From the NCBI RefSeq assembly GCF_006345805.1, contig NC_043006.1, positions 92,256,001 to 92,320,000 on the forward strand: a stretch of DNA of 64,000 bases. Reading direction: 5' to 3'. Of this stretch, positions 53,079-64,000 are shown piece after piece. The notes under the pieces are model-generated. The model ran no database searches and had not been told where the DNA came from. It was given only the letters and a program-made list of their open reading frames with translations. The stretch is from Octopus sinensis. Lineage: Eukaryota. Each line of letters opens with the position of its first letter. Position 1 is the stretch's first letter. The translations under genes and the position numbers were made by a program.

Positions 53079-54330
53079 CGAGGGGCGTTCAATAAGTAAT
53101 GCCCCTGACCCACTTCCCATAGCAGTAGAGCAACGACACTTGGCACAGTTATTAGTCTTTTCCTACATAGGAGCTACCCAGAGTTATGCATTTCTCCCAT
53201 CGTTTGATACAGCTCTGGAGACCGTTTTTGTAGAAGACACCAGCTTGGTCCTCCAACCATCGACGTGACTTCAGAAATCAAGGCTGCATCATCTGGGAAA
53301 CGCTTTCCTTTCAAAATCAACTTCATGGCTGGGAAGAGATGAAAATCAGAGGGTGCAAGGGGAGGAGTTCATAGCTGCACGCCTGTGCTTCTGATCTGGC
53401 GACACGCGAGTTGTGGACCGGAGCGTTGTCCTGCAGGAGGAGGATGCCTTTGCTGATCTTGCCCCCCTCTTGATTTTGATAGCTTCTCGTAATTTCCTCA
53501 AAAGTGAAGCATAATAGGCTCCTGTAATTGTGGTACCCTTTGCCAGGAAATCTGTCATCACTACTCCGTCCTGGTCCCAGAAGACTGTGAGCATAACTTT
53601 GTCAGCGGAGGGCTGCACCCTTGCCTTCTTTGGAGGAGGTGAGTCACGGTGCTTTCACTGCATTGACTGGGCTTTGGTCTATGGATCATAGTGATGGACC
53701 CAGGTTTTATCCTGTGTGATCAGTCTTTTGAAAAATTTTGACTCATCTTCTTGGCACATCTCCAAATTCATCCTCGAGCACTCAACGCGTTCTTGCTTCT
53801 GGAAAGGTGTGAGCAACCTGGAAATCCATCTGGCAGACACCTTTTGCATATGCAAATGGTCATGAATGATAGTTTCCACAGACCCGGTACTAATCTTGAC
53901 CTTATGAGCTATTTGGCGAATAGTTATGCGTTGACCTTCCAAAATGGCAGCCTCAACTTGACGGACAGACGTCTCATCAACGGCAGAAGGGGGCGACCAG
54001 ATCTGGGAGCTGTTTCCACAGAGTTCCGACTATGTTTGAATTCACAATGCCAGCGTTTTACAAGGTCATATGATGGGGCATCATCACCATAAGTTACTTT
54101 GATTTCATCAAAAGTCTCCCGTGGTGTGCGTCCTTTCAAATACAAAAACCAGATCACTGCTCGACACTCAACAGGCTCCATTTCACACTTGACTCAGTTC
54201 AAACACCTAAAAATCAGAGCTGTAAGTCGCCACTTAATCTATAGAGGTATCAATAAGTGCACATACAAAATTTCAGCTAGATCAAACAACTGCAAGTGGG
54301 TCAGAGGCATTACTTATTGAACGCCCCTCG
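53079..54330 (-). mobile_element. Full-length mariner transposon (likely irritans subfamily), frameshifted transposase at about 53150-54181
   Basis: 37-bp TIRs with one mismatch and TA duplications at 53077-78 and 54331-32. Motifs PRSGRP, ARW..RLLT, TQD.TW...YDP, KVMLTVFWD and QDNA. Confidence 0.95.
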
Positions 54331-55234
54331 TATCTAGTCTTTAACAAGATCTCAAATCCCTATTTGTATATCGATTTAAATCATATATTATCTAGCAACT
54401 AAAATCAATCACTTGATCTACAGATATTGAAACATCTTCAGGAAAATGGGAGAATTTATATTCAATTATGGTTTCTAATTATCTTCATCTTCAAGATATT
54501 CAAACCCATTGATCCAGTCCAATACCGGTAAATGTGTTTTTAATAAAATATAAAGCCCGTTGAAAGGCGCCGTGCCCGTGACGCAGACACCAGAGATGTG
54601 TACGCATATGCTGTTCCTCATAAATAGAAGTGCAAGAAAACTGGCCTGTAAGGCGCATTATTGGGAAGAGACTTCTAGATAGCAAGTAATACAGGGAACG
54701 GTTAGTATGAGATCTGATAAAGTCTTGTGTAGAGATGTCATGTGATCAAGCCGCTCAGTAGTAAAATAGAATACTCTAGTTGCGAAGAGATATGAAATTC
54801 GTGGGCCAATGAAGTTACATGTAACGTTTAAGAATGCTATCAGTTCAGTTTCGCGCACTAGCTTTGATCTTTATCATTGTTATAGCTGTGTATAAAGAGA
54901 GAATGTTTTCGCCTGTCTCACTTGCCAGATTCAAATCCTGATTTGATGTTTATGCTAAGTGCTAATATATCACACCTATTACTACGTCTCGGTTAGTTAC
55001 CTTTCGGTATTCAAATGTCAATATCAAATGATAAAAACGGTAATATTGCTAAATTCTTTTCGATAATAGATGCTTTTCTGGGGTTTTTTCTATGAAAACT
55101 CGTTATCGCTATGTTATAAAAACTTACCTCTCTCAATTAATATTGGTCCTGGTCCCAGCATTTCAATATATTCCATGCTAAAGAGAGAGAAGTTTATCGC
55201 AACATTAATTCTTCATCTCTATATATATTGCTCA

Positions 55235-55430
55235 ATGCTGGCACAGTCGCTAGCACACCGGGCAGAAATCTTAGCAGCATTTCATCCGTCTTTACGTTCA
55301 ATTCCGCCGAGGTTGACTTTGTATCTCACCCTATCAGGGTCGTTAAAATAGTACCAGTTGAGCACAGTGGTTGAGGTAATAATCTTGCCCCATTTTCGAA
55401 ATTGCTGGCCTTGTACCAAGATTTTAAACT
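55235..55430 (+). mobile_element. SINE family A, plus orientation
   Basis: GCTGGCACAGTCGCTAGCAC...GTTCAATTCCGCCGAGGTTGACTTTG. Confidence 0.7.
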
Positions 55431-56283
55431 ATTGCTAATTTTATCTGAAAACACAGTCTAAACTCTTTCCAAAACTAGCATTTTATTATAGCATGTTGAA
55501 TACTAGCATCCCATTCGAAAGCTCACGGCGTTGTAAAAGATCATGGGCTTTAATGAATGGACTAAATGACAGATTTACATAAATTTAAAATTAACATCAT
55601 TTACAATATTTATCTTTTATGCCGTGTTTCTAATTTTAGCAAATCTAACGCCGGATATTTGTAAGAGAAAATTCTGAATATTCTAACTGCACATAATAAA
55701 AGTCTGAAAACCTCCTTATTGTTTTATATAAGGACGATGTTTAGTACTTGAAGCAACAATAATATTGGAGCTTTATTTTGTATTCTTTTACAATAGATGT
55801 GTCATGCATTGATCAAATAAAAGATACTATTGTTAAATATCGCCTCGTTTTTATCATACTGCATAATGAATAACGAAGAGTATAATTTACACGCAACGCC
55901 ACAAAGAGGAAAAGTTTGCAGTTTTAATGAAGTTAATTATAAATGACAAAGAAGAACAAAGCTGTTCAGTGTATCGAGACCAACAACAATGAACAATAAG
56001 CAAGTGACATTATCAGTATTTTAAATCGTTTCATTCAAGGGCAGCGACGTCGTAACGAGTGGCAGCGAAATAGCGAAGTATATAATTTTAAATTTTAGCC
56101 GTTATCACTTCCGAAATCTAAATCTTCTCCAGTAACTAAAATATTTATTATACAAAATTTCTTTTACTATTCTAGTTTTATGTCGACGTTTTCAATTTGA
56201 GAAAATTTCTACGGAATTTAATGGCAATAATTAAACTTCAACTCCTTCCGAACCAAGTGTTATGTGTTTATTAATTACCTATA

Positions 56284-56294
56284 TCATCATCATC

Positions 56295-56360
<66 letters not shown>

Positions 56361-56378
56361 GTCGTCGTCGTCGTCGTT
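56284..56378. repeat. (CAT)n/(CGT)n microsatellite
   Basis: Direct reading. Confidence 0.95.
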
Positions 56379-56857
56379 ACCATTATTATCATTATAATTA
56401 CTGTATGAAGCTATAGTTTTAATTGCTCCAAGTCGCTTTCTGTATGCTAAGGAAAAGTAATTGAAGCTACAGAAAATATTTTATTTGTTTCTCTCCTGCT
56501 GTGTTACCGTGGAATGTTTAACAATTAATTTTCATTTGATATTTCCGGAAGACACGTTGCACAGCTTTATTTATTTTACAATATATTTCAATATAACACT
56601 CTCTCTTTTAACATATTTATTGAATTTAATATATTCCTTTTTTTGTGGAAATATAAGTTTATAAGTTTTGATATTAGTTTCTTTAATACAACAAATATTC
56701 ACCGCATACTAACTGCAGGTATAGTTTGACATGCATATAATTGAACAGACTTTGACATACTTTTAAAACATTATTTAATAGAATTGTTCTCGAGCTTTGT
56801 AAGTTCTCCTTCACCCGACAAGATCTTGCAAAATCTCCATCCAATATTTGGCAAGAA

Positions 56858-56872
56858 ATAATAATAATAATG

Positions 56873-56951
<79 letters not shown>

Positions 56952-56962
56952 CATAATCATAA
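56858..56962. repeat. (AAT)n microsatellite
   Basis: Direct reading. Confidence 0.95.
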
Positions 56963-58188
56963 TACAGCAGATACTTTTAAGTAAACAGTAGCTGACTTTG
57001 TACTGTGGCCTATTGGAGAGATTTCCTTATACTTCCAATTTGGCATTTTCCCAATTTTCGATATTCGCATGCAGTAATATCTCATTTGATAAATGTTCAT
57101 AGTTAGTAGTGAAGAAGGCGGGAGCTTGGGTGTTGAAGTTATATTTGTCCTCGATGGATTATCAGTCATATATCTGCACATTGACAACACAATGACCGAC
57201 ACATTCTAATCCATAACGAAGACTTTTAGAAAAGACATAAGAATTGTACTTCGTTTAAATATTTTTATTCGAAACAAAAATAACGACGCTTCCCTCAAAA
57301 TATCTAGCGCTCCCCAAAGCATCCCTTGTAATTAGCTGCTCCATTTAAAGTCCAAAATCTCCTAAGATGGAGCTGCTACTTTGGTTAAGAACCATGTTTT
57401 GTTTTTATTTACCGGTTCTGTATACAGCATTACGAATTATAGAGCTAAGTTTAATTATCTTTCTTTTTGAAATACACACCAGGCAGTTAATATATATCAA
57501 TGATTTACCAATCAACAAATGAACTTTACAGATATTTCACTGCATAATATATCAAGTTCGTTACATAAATCACAAACTATATACACTGACAAGCTCTACA
57601 AAGTCACATTTTAAAGCATTTTCTAAACGATTGTAATTAAATTTCTGAAATCGTAAATATGTTTAAAATACGTTACATAGGATATCCGCAGTTAGTGTAT
57701 CATATAAACAGTTATCCTTACGTAAGAAGCTATGTAACAATTAGATACAAAATGTAATAACATTTTATCAAATTTTAAGAAGGGCCGCCATGGATGTATT
57801 GTAGCACGGCTCAATGTTCTAGTTTGCCGTAATATCCAAATGGCTTTTGATTGTAACTAATTCTCGCAATAGAACTATTTTTCTTCATAGTTAAAACAAC
57901 TTTTATTGGTTGATCAGAGATTGCTCGGTTCCATAAATTCAATTATTTATATATGAATTCTAAAAGCGTTCATGCCGATGCGAGTAATTCTCTTCCAGAT
58001 ATCCTAAAAACAGATTATATGTCAATGGAAGTTATAAATACGTTAATCTTCATAACAGAAATGTATATCTTCCAATTCTTGCCTTTACTTAATAAATTTT
58101 GAATTTAATACATTTTACTACTCTGTATATATAGTTCTGCGTGTATAGTTCTGTATGTATAGTTCTGCATATTATATTTGCAAAGACG

Positions 58189-58247
58189 ATCATACTGATG
58201 AGCTACGGAGAATTACGGAAGTGGTAATAGCGAAATGGGTTTGTGAT
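58189..58247 (+). ncRNA. Solitary type I hammerhead ribozyme
   Basis: ATCATA-CTGATGA-GCTA...TAGC-GAAAT-GG-GTT-TGTGAT. Stem I is 6 bp and stem II is 4 bp. Confidence 0.7.
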
Positions 58248-58354
58248 TAATCTATATTTTGTTTCGTTTCATTTGTCTTGCTCGCTTACGTTCTGGCGTT
58301 TGCTAAATTTTATTGAGAACATTCTTTTCTTCGTGGTATGACAATAGCGGATCT

Positions 58355-58545
58355 TCTTATTTCTTTACATCCCAGAAGAGGGGACAAACAAGGACAGACA
58401 AACGGATTAAGTCGATTATATCGACCCAAAAGGATGAAAGGCAAAGCCGACCGCGGCGGAATTTGAACTCAGAATGTAGCGACAGACGAAATACCGCTAG
58501 GCATTTCGCCTGACATGCTAACGTTTCTGCCAGCTCGCTGCCTTA
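58355..58545 (-). mobile_element. SINE family A
   Basis: Collinear with 13384-13620. Confidence 0.85.
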
Positions 58546-58619
58546 TGCTAGAAGCAGGTCCATAGCGGATCTGCTTCTGACATAATGGATATTCACTTAG
58601 TGGTCATCTGATATGTACG

Positions 58620-58656
<37 letters not shown>

Positions 58657-60199
58657 TGCCCGAACAACGTGTTTGCACTTACGATAGGAAGAGAATGACT
58701 GCTAGAATATTTTGTAAGTAGAATAACTAAATTCAATATTTTTCATAACCAAATTTCGCTATGTCCGAGAAATTATGTTCGTTAGAATACTTATAAAAAC
58801 TAGTTGCTTGAGCAATTCAAAGAACTTCTATGAGTGTAGGAAGGAACTAAAAAATGGAAAGAGTTTTACACACCCACACACACCAACATAGACACACACA
58901 GAGGCACATTGACACACACACTGGCGCTCTCACACAATATGTATATATATATATATATATATATATGTTTATATAGATATATATGTACAGTGTATACATG
59001 TGTGTGTATGTATGTATGTATATGTATTTATGTACGCATAAGTACATGCCTTAGAATTGATATTATGTTAATCAGAAATCGATTCATATATGTTGTTTTA
59101 CTAAAAATATTCTTTATCAATTACAATTAGTTAAATTTCTGCAACGTTTCAAAATTTTAAGAAAATCGAATTCGATATGTTTTATTATATTCTACATGAC
59201 AATGTTGGAATACAGACCTGTTGTTTGTCACTAAAAGCAGGTCAGTAAGCATTAAAAAGAAATGGTTCACTTTAGCGCAACGTAGGAAAAAGGAAAAAGA
59301 AATCATGCGACACATCGTGATTCTTAAGAACGGCACCTAATGCTATTTGACGGAGTCAATATTTAATAGTCAAACATACAAATAACCAAAAGTCTTAGGT
59401 TACATATGAACTGAGTCGTATTTGCGTACAGTGGTGTGCATTTCTTTTAAAGGCCGGTAATTAAACGATGTTGGTGAAATAGCTGCGAGGAATCAAAAGG
59501 GACAAATTGACGTACACACTATTCTCTGAGAGTTACTCTGTAGTTTATAGCACTCACCACTTGTATGAAAAATTCTAAAATACTTAAAGGTTTTAGTGTA
59601 AATATCTTACAAAGTGCAACACTTATAAAACTAAGACGAGTTCCAACATAAAGTGGCTGTAAAATTGCTAAGTGACATATCAAGTTCAGAAGTAAATAAA
59701 CCAAGTCAAGCAAGAAATGTTAGCGGAAGCGTTGTAAAAACCAATGCAGAGTAAAATATCATTTAATGGCGAGGAAACAAAGATGTGACGGAGCATAGAA
59801 TAATTAATAAGCGATAAAGATAATATGGGAGTTTATACATGCTACATTAAACAATAAAAATAACAAGTTGCTGCGAAATCGATTAAATAGAATGTTTACA
59901 CAACATGACACAATGAAATTCTGACAGTATCAATATCTAAATGTCTTATTTTCCTGCTATTTTCTTTAAAAAGTAGTTTATCATCCTAAGAAGTCCTTCA
60001 TAAAATTAGATAAAAATATTAGTCTCAATATCAAGTATATGACCAAAATCAAATAAATATGTGTGGGTGGGTATATGCTTGTAAGAATTACGCTTCAGGC
60101 ACGAATGGAGGAAATAGATACAAATGGAAACGAAAGCCGACCTTGTTTTTCGGGGCTTGTGTTTATTTTCTTGCTACGGTTATCGTAAGAGGAATATTG

Positions 60200-60392
60200 G
60201 TTTCAAATTTTGAGACAAGGCCAACAATTTTAAGGACGGGGCAAAGTCGATTACACCAAAGCCAGTGCTTTAGTGGTACTTATTTTATCGACTTCGAAAT
60301 ATGAACCACAAAGTCAACCTCAGTAAAATTTGAGTTCAAGACATAAGGACGGACGAAATGCTGCTAAGCCTGGCTTGCTAACTATTCTACCA
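60200..60392 (-). mobile_element. SINE family A, diverged
   Basis: GGTACTTATTTTATCGAC...AAAGTCAACCTC...GGACGAAATGCTGCTAAGC. Confidence 0.65.
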
Positions 60393-60594
60393 GATTTATT
60401 CACAAGTGACATTGATACGTTAAATTGGATAATACTAAAATGGAAAGAACTGACCAACCGTCTATAACTATTTTTATTGAAGAGAGTTCTTCACAGATTC
60501 CTTTCCAGCATATTAAAAGATAAAAGAAGGATCAAATGTCCTTCCGAACTATAGGTCCAAAACGGCAATTTGCCGGATTCTGTGGCATATATAT

Positions 60595-60765
60595 ATATAT
60601 CCCCCTCCATTGGATGAGACACCTGTTCGTCGCAGGATAACTCATTTTAGCCAGTTCAGTGGACCGGGACAACATGAAACGAACACCACGCATCACCCAG
60701 TCCAGGCATCGAAAATACAATCTTCCGATCGTCAGTGTAGCACTTTTGCCATTAAGCCACGCATT
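60595..60765 (-). mobile_element. tRNA-derived SINE
   Basis: Minus-strand head GCGTGGCTTAATGG...TTCGATGCC. Confidence 0.55.
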
Positions 60766-62010
60766 TCTCCAAGATTGAACGTATATTGTAATCAACATGT
60801 AATTCACAAGTTTATGTATCTAAGAGACATATTCATTCTCATGATGGAAGTAAGAGACAAATGGCCTTCAGATTACAGCATGTTTTCTTAAAAGAAGGAT
60901 TAAAAGTATATTGCTAGATATTCGTAAAATGTGTGAATCATCAGGAAAGATGTGCAATATGCATGATGGCAGATTTCCTCGAGAATGTGTTGTGTAGTGT
61001 GCAAATAAAAAAAGTCAACTTCAAAACGTTTTTCTTTCGGAGTAAAACCTACGTCTACTTTAAAATACTTCTGGTTTCTAGCATAAAATATGTGAATTTT
61101 ATTTAGTTATAATCAAACGTCTTATCTTATAAGCGAATATGAGAAAACTATGATATGGAACCATGAAGAGAAATTAGTTTTTCTGAAATGAATAGACACT
61201 TTGAGAATAATCCGTTGTTTTTATCAATATATCAGCTGTTTGAAGTAGGCCCACTGCAAAATGTATTCCAGTCCTCATCTTGTCCACTTTCGTGACCCAT
61301 TATCTTCAGTGATTCATTTGAAGACGCTTTGAGGAATATTTGGCCGCGATTTTTTCGATGAGGAAAGACCCAGCAGACAGTCATGAAACTCAGTGTAAAA
61401 TTAATACAACAAACTTATGATCCAAGTGAGTCATGTGTTTTAAATATTTATCCCCCACCCCGCCCGCCGCTTTCTGTGTTTCTCCCTCTAATCTGATCTT
61501 CTCTCATGCTGAAAATTCCTCTTCTCATCTGAGCCTTACGAAGAGAGACTTTTGAACCGGCACAATCGCTGTGGTTGATTCCAAAGACAATTTTCAGATC
61601 GATTTTTACTCTAATGTTACTTGAGTTACTACTTACAGATACACAGATCCCTTTCTCTCTCTCTCTCTCTCTCTCTCTACATACTCATACACACAAACAC
61701 AGACACATACACACATAACCGATTTAGTTTATACGTGCCTCTTTATCTTGCATTATTTTATATTATGGTTATAAATTCTTTAAGTTCATATAACTATACA
61801 TTAAGCTCTTTGGTAAACATCGTATGGAAAGTATTCTCTTTTTATTTGAGAAATATCAAATCACTCAATCACACACACACATGCAAACGCACACACACAC
61901 ACACACACTGTCTCTCTCTCTCTCTCACACACACATATACATATATTTAAATATATCTATACATGTAGTTATATGTTCATATATATGTGTGTTTGTGTAT
62001 ATGTGAGTAC

Positions 62011-62064
<54 letters not shown>

Positions 62065-63637
62065 GCGTGTGCGTGTATGTGCGTGTGTCTGTGTGTGTAT
62101 GTGTTTGTGTGCGTTTAAATATTCTTGCATGTAATTCCTCGGGATATTTGTCTCTAATGGATTTTAAAAGAAACTAAAATTTGTTTCTATCTAACGATAA
62201 CATACGGTTATAATTGTATTTAATAAGAAAGGAATGTGTTAGGAAAAGGATTTTGAGTAAAATTTTACTCTTCCTTCATTCAATGTCACTTCCAGTTTGC
62301 TATATTTCGAGAACTACCTTTAGATATGGACACATTTACTTTTCAAACAACAGTCGAAATCTACGAGAAATTGACTTATACAGTACCTTGTCTGCAAAAG
62401 TGAGAAGAAAAGATTGCTTTTGTTGACTTGACTTACGAAAGGAAAACGAGAAGAACACAAATATATAATTGAATAAAAGCCGTGTCAGCTAAATTTACAG
62501 ATTTCGTGTACTAATGCAAATTCCGAGTGTTTATTGCAGACAGGCCAAGACACAAAACCATTATAATGGCTAAAATACGTTGATTTACTGTGGGATAAAA
62601 CAAAATCATATGTATTCACAGTGTGTCATAAAATGATATAATACCGTTTGTGTGTGTATTTCTTTAAACAACGAACGAAATAACACAGACTCTCACGTTT
62701 ATGTATGTATGTGTGTACGTATGTGTGTATGTATGTATATATATGTATATATGTATGTAGGAATGTATGTATGTATGTATGTATGTATGTATGTATGTAT
62801 GTATGTATGTATGTATCTATCTCTCTAGCTGTCTGTAAATCTTTCTTTTTGTATATATTGGTATGTGTATGCGTGGCGTTCGAGTGTGTGCTATATAAAA
62901 ACACACACTGCACATAACGTATGTGCGTGTGTGTTTGTGTGTTTGTGTGTGTGTGTGTGTGTGTGCGTGCGTGCGTGTGTGTTTTATCAAGCACACATAC
63001 TTAACGTACGCGTACTGCGTATTTTTCGCTAGGCTGCAATAGCGAGGTGAAGAATTCTCTCTCAAAGCGCCGAATCTTAAAACTCCTAAAAGTGATGTAC
63101 ACAAATACACAAGGCATACACGTTACATATGTGTGGTCGATAATGCTTATTATTTCGTCGAGTACGAGCACTCGGTTATAATCCAAATTCAGATTAACTG
63201 CATTTGGTTGTAAGGGCTAGGATTAATTAGCGTAGGTAATTCCACTGCAATTCAACCAAAGAGTAAAATTCTGGATTTGCTTCGTTGGATTATAACTATT
63301 TCACGAATTCTATATCCAAGACCACAGTGGATATGAAGAGTTGGTATGGTACTTCCTGGTTAGAAATCTATGTCACATAACTTCTGTTTTTTCAAAGGTT
63401 TGATAAGTACTGTCTATATGCCAATGTTGTTCCCACTGCCAGCGAGCACTTCTTCAGCTTAGACACACCAAGGCATTTTCAAGAGATTGTTGACTTTATT
63501 ACCTCCTGTATTGCTTTCAGCCAAATACTTATTTTCATAATAATAGTTATTTGTTAATGACTATGTTACGCATTAACCTTTTGGACATCATTTTGCTTTA
63601 ACCAGTGGCATTGTTTATATACATATATATACACATA

Positions 63638-64000
63638 GCAGTAGTGGCTGTGTGGTAAGTAGCTTGCTTACCAACCACATGGTTACGGGTTCAGTCCCAC
63701 TTCGTGGCACCTTGGGCAATTGTCTTCTACTATAGCCTTGTGAGTGAATTTGGTAGACGGAAACTGAAAGAAGCCCGTCGTATATAACATATGTATATAT
63801 GTGTGTGTGTTTGTGTGTCTGTGTTTGTCCCCGCAACATCACTTGACAACCGATGGTGGGGTGTTTACGTCCCCGTAGCTTAGCGGTTCGGCAAAAGAGA
63901 CCGATAAAATAAGTACTAGGCTTACAAAGATTAAGTCCTGGGGTCGATTTGCTCGGCTAAAGGCGGTGCCCAGCATGGCCGCAGTCAAATGAATGAAACA
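63638..64000 (+). mobile_element. SINE family B, runs to the window edge
   Basis: GTGGCTGTGTGGTAAGTAGCTT head and GGCGGTGCCCAGCATGGCCGCAGTC tail. Confidence 0.88.

Noticed and set aside
57782-57845. GGGCCG...CGGCTC with TGGATG/TATCCA as an HDV-like ribozyme, or a Kozak start
   Set aside because: No P3/L3/P1.1 match, and the ATG is followed by a stop within a few codons.

Overview
AT-rich, microsatellite-dense eukaryotic non-coding DNA. The SINE, LINE and (TA)n/(CA)n landscape looks like a coleoid cephalopod (Octopus-like); this is inferred from repeat character, not demonstrated. I see no intact host gene, and most ORF-track entries are translations of simple repeats. Mobile elements dominate: Penelope-like elements (PLEs; one long RT ORF at 16901-18517 plus GIY-YIG fragments), a near full-length decayed RTE LINE, several R4/Dong-like fragments, CR1-like and Tx1-like 3' ends, a full-length mariner, Helitrons and many tRNA-derived SINEs. 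The main unexplained structure is about 10-12 hammerhead ribozyme (HHR) motifs from about 6 sequence families. Many sit in short non-coding fold-back elements whose two HHR-bearing arms point outward. One is a 357-bp, highly structured, circularly permuted unit resembling a retrozyme/circRNA. A possible Cys-loop receptor relic lies at about 39.9-40.3 kb. All folds and alignments were done by eye.
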